From contig JAPLYG010000009.1 in the NCBI GenBank assembly GCA_026395685.1, forward strand, positions 17,519 through 81,518: a stretch of DNA of 64,000 bases, read 5' to 3'. The notes under the pieces are model-generated. The model was given only the letters and a program-made list of their open reading frames with translations. It was not told the DNA's origin and made no database searches. The DNA is from Candidatus Parcubacteria bacterium. Lineage in GTDB: Bacteria; Patescibacteriota; Patescibacteriia; CAIXNZ01. Position 1 is the first letter of the stretch. Each line of letters begins with the position of its first letter. A program made the translations under genes and the position numbers. Shown here piece after piece: positions 1-9,928 of this stretch.

Positions 1-76
1 AATAAAACGATAATTATGGCAAACAATAAATAAAACATACGGAGTTCAATTTAATAAATATTTCTAAATATCAAAT

Positions 77-982
77 TTAATTAATCATATAATCATGTTT
101 CCAAACTGTTTTATCTGTTTTGGCCAGAGCTTGAGCCATAATAAAAGCGTTATGAGCCACCTCTTGGGCGTCACGGCTGAAAAATTCACTATTTACAAAC
201 TTTTTATCGACAAATGTGGGTTGAGTCACGGTATTAATCGCATACATATTTGACCAGCCGGGAAAAATCATGCCAAAGTGGGTCAAAGTCATCATTAACT
301 GTGAAATAGTCATGGCCGCGCCGGCTTCATGACCCGTAACGATAATCCCACCGACCTTACCCATAAAACGTCTTAAAAATCCGCTGCCGGGAATTTTTTG
401 ATCAGCTGTCATTTCAATGAATTTAGCATGTTTGATATTCAGCTCTTTATTTTTTGCAAATTTAGGATCTGCCGGTTCCAAACTACCGTCTAAACTGATG
501 CAATGGTCAAGAAATAATGCCAGGTACGAAGAAATCTTAAAATTATTAACCGGTGTAGCAAAAATAATAATATCAGCAGCCAAAACCTTATCATACAAAA
601 TATTACTCATATCATCTGCTGTAGGCGTGCCCTTGGGATAACAAGAGCAGTAAAAATGACATTGAGTATTTACCGTTGAATAGCAGGCTTTGCAGGGTTT
701 AATGTTATAATCGCGCAGTTTAATAATTTCAGTTTTTACGCCCAAACTTTTTAATTCAGTCATAGCCTGTCCCAGCAAAAACTCGGAATTACTGTCTTCC
801 TGCGCCATATCATTACGGCTGCGGGCTGAACCGGAAATACCCAGGGCAATAAGCTTGTCTTTTTTCTGATTTAATTTTTTTGCCTGAATAATGGCGTTTT
901 TTCTGATCTGCCAAAATCTGGACAGGGTTTTGGCATCAACCTCTAATATTTTTTTAAATTTTTTATTATCAGCTGATTTCAT
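77..982 (-). CDS. Iron-sulfur flavoprotein / NADPH-dependent FMN reductase family
   Basis: GISGSAR flavodoxin-like loop, PCKAC..C..C..C Cys cluster, ADIIIFATPV motif. Confidence 0.8.
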   Translation of the reverse strand: MKSADNKKFKKILEVDAKTLSRFWQIRKNAIIQAKKLNQKKDKLIALGISGSARSRNDMAQEDSNSEFLLGQAMTELKSLGVKTEIIKLRDYNIKPCKACYSTVNTQCHFYCSCYPKGTPTADDMSNILYDKVLAADIIIFATPVNNFKISSYLALFLDHCISLDGSLEPADPKFAKNKELNIKHAKFIEMTADQKIPGSGFLRRFMGKVGGIIVTGHEAGAAMTISQLMMTLTHFGMIFPGWSNMYAINTVTQPTFVDKKFVNSEFFSRDAQEVAHNAFIMAQALAKTDKTVWKHDYMIN

Positions 983-1014
983 ACTGCTAAAATTTATTGT
1001 TAGTATATTAAGCT

Positions 1015-3555
1015 CTAAATATCAAACTTTTTATAAATATATTTTTTTACAAATTCAACCATTAGAAAATAAATAATAGCGATACCAACGATTGCCAAGG
1101 CTTGCCAATAATTTAATAAACCAAAATTAAAATAGTTACGCAAGCCGGTAAATAATACTAATATCACTAAAACTGTAGTGATCAAAGTGGCATAGCTCAA
1201 GGCCTTACTGGGTTTGCTTTGCCAAAACCATTTTTTTGTTCTGATTACAAAAATTAAAAGAACTTCTGTCAAATAAGACTGCCAAAACCAGCCTGACTGA
1301 AAAACTGTCATAGGCGCATTGATAATAAAAATCAAGAAACCAAAAGTCACATAATCCATTACTGAAGATAATAAACCGAAATAGTTCATTGATTGCTTAA
1401 TTTTTTTAATATCCCATTGCTTCGGCTTTTTAATATATTCTTCATCCACCTCATCACTCGCGATGGCAAGCATAGGCATATCACTGAAAAAATTCAACAG
1501 AATAATTTGCACCGGCAGCATAGGGATGAAGGGCAAAAACAAAGAAGCGCCGACCACCGTAAACATGTTCCCATAATTCGAACTGATCGTACATAAAATA
1601 TATTTCAAAGTATTACCAAATGTTTTGCGGCCTTCTTTAATGCCGTAAATTAAAACATTCAAGCTCTTTTTCAATAAAATCACATCGGCTGCTTCTTTTG
1701 CCACATCAACTGCCCCTTCAACCGAGATTCCCACATCAGCGGCGCGCAAAGCCGGCGCATCATTGACTCCGTCGCCCAAAAAAGCGACATTGTGTCCAGA
1801 GGCTTTCAGTGCTTTAACAATTTTTAATTTATGCTCAGGCGTAACTTTGACGAAAACATCTATTCCATAAACAATCTTTTGCAGTCTTTCATCGCTCATT
1901 TTTTCAATTTCAGAACCCACAACTAATTTTGAATATTTATAATTTATTTCTTCTGCCAAACGCTTGGCCGCCATTTCATTATCTCCTGTTAAAATTTTAA
2001 CACTCACTCCCAAATCATTGAAGATACGAATCGATTCGGCCGCAGTTTTTTTCGGCGGATCAATAAAAACTAAGGCTCCTAATAAAACCATCTTGTTTTC
2101 ATCAGCTACCTTATACTTTGCCCGGGTATCAATTTCCTTTTGGGCGAGCAAAATTATGCGAAAACCGACTGATTCCAAATTTTCAATTTTATCCTTAACT
2201 TTAGCCAGGTGACCAGCTAAATTTTCAATTTTATTATCAACTAAAATTGAGCTGCAGATCTTAAGCATCTCTGCCGACGCGCCTTTGCAGATTAATTCCC
2301 TGCCGCCATTTTTGGATACAATGACGCTCATGCGACGTCGATAAAAATCAAAGGGTATATTCTCAACAATCTTATAGCCATTGTGTTTTTTAAGATTCTT
2401 TTGGGCATAATCAATAATTGCCTTATCCAAGGGATTAGCCGCAGAATTTTTATCAATGGCGTAGCTATTGCACAAACTACCTAAAAATAAGATGTTTTCA
2501 TTTTTTTGACCGTCAAAGTCAAAAAAATCTTTGAGCTCAATTTTGCCTTCAGTCAGAGTTCCGGTTTTATCGGTACAAAGCACATCAGCATTCCCCAAAT
2601 TTTCAATTGCCATTAATCGCTTGACCACCACTTGATTTTTGGCCATCAAGCGTGCGCCGCGTGAAAGATTAATTGTAATGATAATGGGCAATAATTCCGG
2701 GGAAATGCCAACTGCAATAGCCAGAGAAAAAAGCAAAGCTTCCAGCCAATTTCCCTTGAACAAAGCTAAAATCAAAAAAACAGCGAAAGAAAAGAAAATT
2801 ATTATTTTAAACAAAAAATAACCGAACTGAGAAATACCCCTTTGGAATTCCGAAGGTGATTCCACCTCGGTCAATAATTTGGCTGTCTGTCCTAAAAAAG
2901 TATCTTTGCCAATAGCCGCAACAATAGCTTTACCGCTACCCTGAACCACATGACTGCCGGCAAAAACAAGATTAGGCGCGTCTAAAAGCTGCTTGCGAGC
3001 ATTAACAGGCTCAGAATTTTTTTCTACGGGGAAAGCTTCACCGCTCAAAATAGCCTGATTGACCGCTAAATCATGGGACTCGACTAATCGCAAATCAGCG
3101 GGAATAATAGAGCTGGACTGCAAAAGAACAACGTCCCCGACCACCAGATCAGTCGTCACTATCTTTCTGGGTTTACCATCACGGATTACTGTTGACTGCA
3201 AAGCGACTTTATTTTTTAGAGTCTCAATAATCTTGGCTGAATTATATTCCTGGATAAAAGCTAAAATAGCCGATACAAAAACCATAACGAAAATTATGGT
3301 TGCGGAAACATATTCTCCCAAAAAGCCTGAAATTAGAGTGGCAATTAACAAAATAAGGATCAACGGATTTTTAAATTGGGAAATAAAAATTTCCAAAGCA
3401 TTAAATCTTCTTTCACCGCTTAACACATTTAAGCCGTAAAGCTTTTGGCGTTTTTTTACTTCAAGCGAAGTTAAACCCTCAGCATTTGATTTCAAAACAC
3501 GATAAATATCTTCGGGTTTAAAATCAATATATTTTAGGAGGTCATTGTTTGACAT
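1015..3555 (-). CDS. mgtA: Magnesium-translocating P-type ATPase
   Basis: DKTGTLT phosphorylation motif, GISPELLP, PFDFYRRRMSV, GDGVNDAPAL, SSNYGNMF. Confidence 0.85.
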   Translation of the reverse strand: MSNNDLLKYIDFKPEDIYRVLKSNAEGLTSLEVKKRQKLYGLNVLSGERRFNALEIFISQFKNPLILILLIATLISGFLGEYVSATIIFVMVFVSAILAFIQEYNSAKIIETLKNKVALQSTVIRDGKPRKIVTTDLVVGDVVLLQSSSIIPADLRLVESHDLAVNQAILSGEAFPVEKNSEPVNARKQLLDAPNLVFAGSHVVQGSGKAIVAAIGKDTFLGQTAKLLTEVESPSEFQRGISQFGYFLFKIIIFFSFAVFLILALFKGNWLEALLFSLAIAVGISPELLPIIITINLSRGARLMAKNQVVVKRLMAIENLGNADVLCTDKTGTLTEGKIELKDFFDFDGQKNENILFLGSLCNSYAIDKNSAANPLDKAIIDYAQKNLKKHNGYKIVENIPFDFYRRRMSVIVSKNGGRELICKGASAEMLKICSSILVDNKIENLAGHLAKVKDKIENLESVGFRIILLAQKEIDTRAKYKVADENKMVLLGALVFIDPPKKTAAESIRIFNDLGVSVKILTGDNEMAAKRLAEEINYKYSKLVVGSEIEKMSDERLQKIVYGIDVFVKVTPEHKLKIVKALKASGHNVAFLGDGVNDAPALRAADVGISVEGAVDVAKEAADVILLKKSLNVLIYGIKEGRKTFGNTLKYILCTISSNYGNMFTVVGASLFLPFIPMLPVQIILLNFFSDMPMLAIASDEVDEEYIKKPKQWDIKKIKQSMNYFGLLSSVMDYVTFGFLIFIINAPMTVFQSGWFWQSYLTEVLLIFVIRTKKWFWQSKPSKALSYATLITTVLVILVLFTGLRNYFNFGLLNYWQALAIVGIAIIYFLMVEFVKKYIYKKFDI

Positions 3556-3627
3556 ATATTATAGTATAACAAATTTTACGCAATAAAAAAAACAATCCCA
3601 CAGCGCGGGACTGTCTTTTATCTTTTG

Positions 3628-4434
3628 TTATTTGGCTAAGCTAAATGAAGCCCTGACTACGGCCGTTACCTTTTTATCAATAGACCCTGTGTCATAATAT
3701 CCGTAATCAGAAATATCAGTGGAATTAATAGCCGTTACCTGAAATACGCCGATACCCGCTGATTGTAATAAACCTATACTAGAATCAGTTGAAGCGGCAA
3801 TTTGTTCTGCTCGGGCCTTGGCATTAGCTGTAGCTTCAGCGATTAAATCCATTTTCAGATCGCCAAGTTTACTGTAATAATATTCCACTCCCTGGCTGGT
3901 AAAAATGATTCCCTGATCAATGAAATAGCCGGCTGCCTCCTGTGACAACTTATAAATACTTTCCACATCTGTTGACTGAATGATTATCCATTGCTGGAGT
4001 GTATAGCCGGAAAGACGATTGTCAACGCAACTTTTACTCCCGGAATCATAACCATAATTAACCTGACCTTCGCAAATCGGATTAATAGTCAGTGTTTGTA
4101 CCGCAATTTCACTATCTGTAATGCCTCTCTGTCTAAAAACCCTCAAAATAGTATCTAAATCCGTTTTCATCTGATTACTGCCTTCTTTTAAAGCCTCAGC
4201 TGAAACTGTCCGGGAAAAGCTGCTGCTCCATTTAACCGTATCTGATTTAACTATTTTTTCCGCCGAACCAGTAACCGCGATACTATTACTTAATGCTTTA
4301 ACCTTATAAAATGTTTCACTGACCCAAAAAGCGCTGGCAGCAATGGCCAGACTTAAAAAAATCATACCAATCATGACAAAAGCCCCTTTGGCTTTAGAAC
4401 AACAGCATGATTGATTGTTAGGTAATTGCTCCAT
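3628..4434 (-). CDS. SIMPL (DUF541) domain protein
   Basis: N-terminal TM, IAVTGSAEK, ATANAKARAEQIA, C-terminal KKVTAVVRASF. Confidence 0.8.
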   Translation of the reverse strand: MEQLPNNQSCCCSKAKGAFVMIGMIFLSLAIAASAFWVSETFYKVKALSNSIAVTGSAEKIVKSDTVKWSSSFSRTVSAEALKEGSNQMKTDLDTILRVFRQRGITDSEIAVQTLTINPICEGQVNYGYDSGSKSCVDNRLSGYTLQQWIIIQSTDVESIYKLSQEAAGYFIDQGIIFTSQGVEYYYSKLGDLKMDLIAEATANAKARAEQIAASTDSSIGLLQSAGIGVFQVTAINSTDISDYGYYDTGSIDKKVTAVVRASFSLAK

Positions 4435-4445
4435 AATTATATTAA

Positions 4446-4904
4446 TTAAATATTAAAATTTCTTTTTAAAACTTCCCCAAAAATATCACCGCGGCTGATA
4501 ATGCCGACGATTTTCCCTTTTTCATCAACTACGGGCATACGATGAATTCCCTTAGCTACTAGTAAGGCTCCCGCCTTCATAATCAAGGTATCCGGCGAAA
4601 CAGTGACAATTTCCCGCGAAAAAAATTTTTCAATTTTATCATCCTTTATTTCACTGGCCTTGCTTTCCCTTGCCTCCGCATCACCATAAAGTTCCGGATT
4701 TTCATAATAACTCTTATAAAAAGGGTACAGAACCTTAAAAAGGTCTTTTTCCGTAATCATTCCGATTAATTTATTGTCATCGTCAACAATCGGCGCTCCG
4801 CTGATTTGCCTGTCATGCAAAATCTTGGCAACCTCATAATAAGTGGCGGTATGAGGAATAGTAATAACATCCTTTTTCATTATATTTTTAACGATCATAG
4901 ACAT
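4446..4904 (-). CDS. CBS domain pair protein
   Basis: Two CBS motifs (ISGAPIVD..GMITEKDL; IHRMPVVD..GIISRGDI). Confidence 0.9.
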   Translation of the reverse strand: MSMIVKNIMKKDVITIPHTATYYEVAKILHDRQISGAPIVDDDNKLIGMITEKDLFKVLYPFYKSYYENPELYGDAEARESKASEIKDDKIEKFFSREIVTVSPDTLIMKAGALLVAKGIHRMPVVDEKGKIVGIISRGDIFGEVLKRNFNI

Positions 4905-4981
4905 TATAAATTAAGAATTATACCTGGATTAACTGTATCAAATTAAATGATTAAGACCAAGAGCTGTCAAGAGGTGCCATT

Positions 4982-5530
4982 TTATACCGGTACGATAATA
5001 TCTTGTTTTTTCCTGGCTAAATTGCCATATATAAACAAAACTAAGTCATAGGCATAAAAAAACACACCGGTATAAATCAGGTCGCCGAACAAGGAATTCC
5101 GGAAAAACGGCAAAGCCAGGGTAAAGCAGGAAACCAAACCAGCCCAATTATGGCCGTACCAGTTAAAAAACGCCCAGACCGCGAAATTTGTAATGATAAA
5201 AAATCCAACTGAAGAAATCAGAGCCGCCAGCGCAATTTTAACCATTGATTTTTTCTGGATAAAATAACGGCCGATGACAAAGGCCAAAATAATGCCGACA
5301 TAAACCGAGGCCATAACCTGCCAATCATAAAACCCGATAAAATAATCACTGACCAGCATCGCCAGCAAAGGGATAATAATACCCCAGGCCTTTTTTAGAT
5401 AATAACCGCCGAAGATAGCCATGGCCACAATGGGCGTAAAGTTAAATGGATGCTTTACCAAACGAGAAGCCGCTGCCAAGGCAATAAAGGCAATGGCCAG
5501 TAAAATCGTAATATTTATCTTTTTGGTCAT
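4982..5530 (-). CDS. DUF6580-like membrane protein (ECF S-component-like)
   Basis: RL..HPFNFTPI.AMAIFGG, FF.ITNF.VW, ALPFFRN motifs; multiple TM helices. Confidence 0.7.
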   Translation of the reverse strand: MTKKINITILLAIAFIALAAASRLVKHPFNFTPIVAMAIFGGYYLKKAWGIIIPLLAMLVSDYFIGFYDWQVMASVYVGIILAFVIGRYFIQKKSMVKIALAALISSVGFFIITNFAVWAFFNWYGHNWAGLVSCFTLALPFFRNSLFGDLIYTGVFFYAYDLVLFIYGNLARKKQDIIVPV

Positions 5531-5637
5531 AAACTTGAATAATAATTAAATTACCATTCTTATCTTATAATAGAATTCGAATTGTGTCTAATTATTACGG
5601 CCTTAAAAAATTTACAAATATTTGTTATAATCAATCC

Positions 5638-6270
5638 ATGATAACAAACCTGATCGCTTTATTGGCGCAAATAGTAATTTATATCATCAGCCACATTGGT
5701 TATGGCGGTATTTTTTTATTGATGCTGGTGGAATCCTGCGGTATTCCCATGCCGTCAGAAGTGATTATGCCCTTTTCCGGATTTTTAGTGGCCAACGGGC
5801 AACTAAACTTCTGGCTAGTGGCGCTAATCGGCGCCTTTGGCAATTTGGCAGGTTCCTGGCTGGCATACTGGATAGGCGCAAGAGGTGGCAGGCCTTTGAT
5901 TGAAAAATACGGTAAGTATATTTTGATTTCCCATCATGACCTGGATCTGGCTGATAAATGGTTTAGTAAATACGGCGACTGGACAGTATTTTTTGGCCGG
6001 TTGCTACCCGTAATTAGAACCTATATTTCCTTCCCCGCCGGCATAGCCAAAATGGATTTTAAAAAGTTCACACTTTATACTTTATTAGGCGCCCTGCCCT
6101 GGACTATTTTATTCACCTGGCTGGGTGTAAAAATGGGCAATAACTGGGAACAAATCCAAAAAACTTTGCATAATTTTGATTTGCTGATGTTGATTCTGGT
6201 AATTGCAGCTATTGTCTGGTATGTTTGGCGGCATTTAAAACATAGAAGCAACCCCAAGCGAACCAGCTAA
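5638..6270 (+). CDS. DedA family membrane protein
   Basis: ESCGIPMPSE, FFGRLLPVIRTYISFPAG; start moved to ATG 5638, 6 nt after TATAAT. Confidence 0.9.
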   Translation: MITNLIALLAQIVIYIISHIGYGGIFLLMLVESCGIPMPSEVIMPFSGFLVANGQLNFWLVALIGAFGNLAGSWLAYWIGARGGRPLIEKYGKYILISHHDLDLADKWFSKYGDWTVFFGRLLPVIRTYISFPAGIAKMDFKKFTLYTLLGALPWTILFTWLGVKMGNNWEQIQKTLHNFDLLMLILVIAAIVWYVWRHLKHRSNPKRTS

Positions 6271-6278
6271 ACCAAACC

Positions 6279-6308
6279 AAAAACGTCTAACTCAATAGAC
6301 GTTTTTTT
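6279..6308. terminator. Bidirectional intrinsic terminator between convergent genes
   Basis: AAAAACGTCTA...TAGACGTTTTTTT. Confidence 0.7.
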
Positions 6309-6334
6309 GTATACTTCGTGTAAAAGATAATAAA

Positions 6335-6703
6335 TTATTTTAGTGGCAATGCTTCACAAGCAGTACCGTCATTATCGCCGTCCAAACGGTTTGTGTCTTG
6401 ACTTGGTCCACCGGCATTTTTGAAAAACTTTTGGGCTTCTGGTTGAGTAGCAAAATCAGCGCAATTATATTCATCCGTGTATTTGCCGCCGCTTTCAACT
6501 ACATTGCCGCTTTTATCGCGCATTACCTTGGCTTCATTTAAGTTTGAACCTGATAACAATTTGCCCAAATCCCAGTCAGTATTAGATACTTCCAAGCCAA
6601 AAGCCGCTAAAAGAATAGCAATTGCCCCAATCAGTAATGGTTTAAGCACCTTTTTAGTACCTTCACTAGCATTAGCAAAGGGTTTTAATTTTGGAATAGC
6701 CAT
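6335..6703 (-). CDS. Excalibur calcium-binding domain protein
   Basis: C-terminal YNCADF..Q.EAQ..F......[15 protein letters not shown]; N-terminal TM. Confidence 0.85.
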   Translation of the reverse strand: MAIPKLKPFANASEGTKKVLKPLLIGAIAILLAAFGLEVSNTDWDLGKLLSGSNLNEAKVMRDKSGNVVESGGKYTDEYNCADFATQPEAQKFFKNAGGPSQDTNRLDGDNDGTACEALPLK

Positions 6704-6709
6704 AAATTT

Positions 6710-6802
6710 TTACCAAATTGAATATAAAAGATAGGCAGCTACCAGAATTAAAATCACGATAACCGCCAATCTAACTATTTTATTACCTCGAATTTTATTC
6801 AT
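6710..6802 (-). CDS. Small single-TM protein, 30 aa (MNKIRGNKIVRLAVIVILILVAAYLLYSIW), not in ORF track
   Basis: ATG just after a TATAAT; basic N-terminus plus hydrophobic helix; stop 6 nt before the next ATG. Confidence 0.6.
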   Translation of the reverse strand: MNKIRGNKIVRLAVIVILILVAAYLLYSIW

Positions 6803-6895
6803 ATGTTACTATTATAGCATGTTTTATAATGCAATAAAATCGATGTGGATAACTGAACTAGTAAGAAAAATTGTAGTAGAGGCGACTTTATTATT

Positions 6896-7486
6896 TTAAC
6901 TATTTTGATTTTTCTCAATCAGCCATAAGGCAAATTTCTTACCGCACCAGTTATCATCAACTGTTTTTCTCCAATCCTCCATGTCCTGACCTGACATTTC
7001 TGAAAAAGTTCTGGTCTCACCTTCTGGAATAAAAATCTTATGCAACTGTCCCCAGTTGTATTCATGCAATTCCCCTCTGGGCTGTTCAACCATAATCCCC
7101 TTGGTAATAGTTTCAAAAAAGACAGGTTCGGTCAGAGTCTCGTCCAGATAAGCTAAAGTATCTCTAAACTCGCAGTGGCGATCCTTACCCTCAACCAATT
7201 TAAGTATTCCCTCAAGGCCAATTGTGCCCATGACAAAGTTCACAAACGCTTTAGGAAAGCCATTCAGGGACGGAATGTAAAAACCACCATCCTGGGCAAT
7301 ACAAGGCTTTTTTATATGCTCAAAAGCATAACGGACTTTTTCTCCGGCAATAATGCGCGTTTCATCAGACCGTGGCTCGGGTATATCTATTTCCACTGAT
7401 TCAACTTCAATATCACTGCCTTCAAAATCTCTTTTTATGGACGCGATTTTCCCTTTATTCGTTGAAGCAAAATAAATTTTTTTCAT
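6896..7486 (-). CDS. HAM1/ITPase family non-canonical NTP pyrophosphatase (divergent)
   Basis: YFASTNKGK, QDGGFYIPSLNGFP; lacks the canonical SHR motif. Confidence 0.75.
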   Translation of the reverse strand: MKKIYFASTNKGKIASIKRDFEGSDIEVESVEIDIPEPRSDETRIIAGEKVRYAFEHIKKPCIAQDGGFYIPSLNGFPKAFVNFVMGTIGLEGILKLVEGKDRHCEFRDTLAYLDETLTEPVFFETITKGIMVEQPRGELHEYNWGQLHKIFIPEGETRTFSEMSGQDMEDWRKTVDDNWCGKKFALWLIEKNQNS

Positions 7487-7663
7487 GTGATTGTATTATA
7501 GCATATTTTTAAAGCCAATAAAATCACTGCAGACAACTATATCTGCGCTTAAGGCAGAATTTGATAAAACGCTGATTTAAATACAAATTAATTCAGCTCC
7601 AATAATTGACTTGACGCAAAATTTCTGATAAAATAGCTGTATTCTTTAATATAATATTTTACT

Positions 7664-9124
7664 ATGAATCCAGGCAATGTCATTGTCAGATTTAACGAAG
7701 TCACATTTTCTTATGATAAAAATAAGCCTATCTTAACCGAGGCTAATTTTTCCGTGCGCGAAAATACAAAAATAACCATCATGGGTCAAAACGGCGCCGG
7801 CAAAAGCACTATTTTTAAATTAATCACAGGGGAATTAAAACCCAACGAAGGCTTGGCCTCTGTTACGCCGGGAACGACCATCGCTATTGCCGCTCAAGTC
7901 ATGAGTCGCGATAACATGAAAAAAACCATTGAAGAATATTTCAGTCATGCTTTTAATAAAAAAATCTATAATCTCCCTCGAAAAATTAAAAAAGTTCTGG
8001 ACATTGTTCATTTAGACGCGCCTCTTGATCGCAAAATAATTCAGTTTTCCGGCGGACAACAAGCGCGATTACTTTTGGCTTTTGCGTTGATTCAAGAACC
8101 GGACATTTTACTGCTTGATGAACCGACAAATAATTTGGATGCCGAAGGCATAAAACACTTAACTGAATTTCTCATGGAATATGTCAAAACCTGTCTGGTA
8201 ATTTCACATGATGCGGATTTTTTAAACACCTTTACCGACGGCGTTCTCTATCTGGATTCTTATACTCAGAAAGTTGAACAATATGTCGGTAATTATTATG
8301 ACGTGCTTAATGAAATTGAGGCCCAGCTTGAACGCGAACGAGCCAAAAATGCTCAATTAAGAAAAAGCATTCAGGATCGAAAAGATAAAGTTAATTTCTT
8401 TGCCAACAAAGGCGGTAAGATGCGCAAGCTGGCCAGCAAGCTGCGTGACCAGGTGGAAGAAGCCGAAGAGCACATGGTTGACGAACGCCAGGAAGATAAA
8501 ACCATCAATCCTTTTACAATTCCGGTTCAGCCGGATATTTCCGGAATCATCGCCCAGATAAAATCAGTCGGAGTCATGGTCAATCATAATCCGGTTGAAA
8601 AAAAGCTCATCCACCCGATTGAAGTCAGGCTAAAATCAAAACTGCTTTTAAAGGGTCCAAATGGTATAGGCAAAAGTACATTACTGAAAGCTTTGGCGGA
8701 TGGCAGTGAAAAAGGAGCTCAAATTTCTCCAAATATAAAAATCGGCTATTACCAGCAGGACTTTGCGGGTCTTGATTTTGAAAAAACTGCTTATCAGGTT
8801 TTGGAAGAAATGATGGAGATTCCTTTTAACCAGACAATCTACGCGACAGCCGCACAATTCTTATTATCCTCAGAAATATTAAGGAACAAAGTCGGTTCCC
8901 TATCCGAAGGCCAAAAAGGCTTGCTCTGCTATGCCAGATTTGTCCTACAAAAACCAGGGCTCTTGATTATGGATGAACCGACCAATCACATCAACTTCCG
9001 CCACTTGCCCATAATTGCCAAAGCCCTCAATGATTACCAGGGCGCCCTGATCCTGGTCAGCCATGCGTATGAATTTATTGACCAGATTGAGATTACAGAA
9101 ACGCTTGATCTGGGGACACTTTAA
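7664..9124 (+). CDS. ABC-F family ATPase
   Basis: Two ABC cassettes (GQNGAGKST, GPNGIGKST, LLLDEPTNNLD), no TM segments. Confidence 0.9.
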   Translation: MNPGNVIVRFNEVTFSYDKNKPILTEANFSVRENTKITIMGQNGAGKSTIFKLITGELKPNEGLASVTPGTTIAIAAQVMSRDNMKKTIEEYFSHAFNKKIYNLPRKIKKVLDIVHLDAPLDRKIIQFSGGQQARLLLAFALIQEPDILLLDEPTNNLDAEGIKHLTEFLMEYVKTCLVISHDADFLNTFTDGVLYLDSYTQKVEQYVGNYYDVLNEIEAQLERERAKNAQLRKSIQDRKDKVNFFANKGGKMRKLASKLRDQVEEAEEHMVDERQEDKTINPFTIPVQPDISGIIAQIKSVGVMVNHNPVEKKLIHPIEVRLKSKLLLKGPNGIGKSTLLKALADGSEKGAQISPNIKIGYYQQDFAGLDFEKTAYQVLEEMMEIPFNQTIYATAAQFLLSSEILRNKVGSLSEGQKGLLCYARFVLQKPGLLIMDEPTNHINFRHLPIIAKALNDYQGALILVSHAYEFIDQIEITETLDLGTL

Positions 9125-9134
9125 TAATTAGAAC

Positions 9135-9172
9135 AAAAAAAGTCCTGAACTGTCTGGTTCAGGACTTTTTTT
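9135..9172. terminator. Bidirectional intrinsic terminator
   Basis: AAAAAAAGTCCTGAAC-TGTCTG-GTTCAGGACTTTTTTT. Confidence 0.85.
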
Positions 9173-9183
9173 ATTGTCAAATA

Positions 9184-9558
9184 TTATTTTATATAAAAAC
9201 TCAGCCCGAAGTAAAAGGCGCCAATGAGGAATATTACTCCGCCCCAGAGTACTTGCCCGCCTTTGAACATCTGAGCTTTTTTATTGACACGGTCAGGAAA
9301 GCCGATTTTTTCAATGCCTTTTAATAAAGTGACCCAACCTAAAATAGTAATGGCGATTCGCCAGTCAGCGACCCAGATATTATGGGCAACCACGGTAGCC
9401 AAACCCAATAGAAAGGTAATGTAACCGGTAGATATCGTAATAGTTTTATCTTCGGTATACTCTATTATTCTGCCTAATAATTTTGCAAAAACAGACATTA
9501 GCCCGAGAATCATAAAAAGACTGCCCCAAAATTGCGCTAAAAAAATTGAAATTTGCAT
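9184..9558 (-). CDS. Hypothetical 4-TM membrane protein
   Basis: Hydrophobic ORF with HNIW..DWR..ITILGW..L.KG pattern. Confidence 0.7.
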   Translation of the reverse strand: MQISIFLAQFWGSLFMILGLMSVFAKLLGRIIEYTEDKTITISTGYITFLLGLATVVAHNIWVADWRIAITILGWVTLLKGIEKIGFPDRVNKKAQMFKGGQVLWGGVIFLIGAFYFGLSFYIK

Positions 9559-9653
9559 AGTTATAATTATTAATATTTCTTTGTTAAAATCATATCATAG
9601 ATTAGGAATCTAAACAAAAAGTACCTAACATTAAGTAGGCACTTTTAAATTCT

Positions 9654-9728
9654 TGGCTCCGGGGGTGGGATTCGAACCCACGACCAATTGATTAACAGTC
9701 AACTGCGCTACCGCTGCGCTACCCCGGA
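9654..9728 (-). tRNA. tRNA-Asn(GTT), CCA encoded
   Basis: TCCGGGGTAGCGCAGCGGTAGCGCAGTTGACT-GTT-AATCAATTGGTCGTGGGTTCGAATCCCACCCCCGGAGCCA. Confidence 0.95.
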
Positions 9729-9796
9729 ATGTTTTAAATTCTTAATTTACTTAATTCTAATCGGGTAGCGCAGCGCACAACGTAAGTACTAAGCTT

Positions 9797-9844
9797 AACT
9801 GCCTGCCCGCCGAAACTTTAGTGTAGGCGGGCGCTACCCCGGAA
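9797..9844 (-). pseudogene. tRNA-Asn 5' relic interrupted by a 30-nt palindromic insert (9802-9831)
   Basis: AACTG|CCTGCCCGCCGAAACTTTAGTGTAGGCGGG|CGCTACCCCGGAA; flanks match the adjacent tRNA. Confidence 0.7.
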
Positions 9845-9928
9845 GGTAAATAAAAAAACAGAATTTTAAAATCCGTTTTGCTAAAACTAGCATATCATAA
9901 ATGGCAATAATTGGCAAGACCCAAAACC

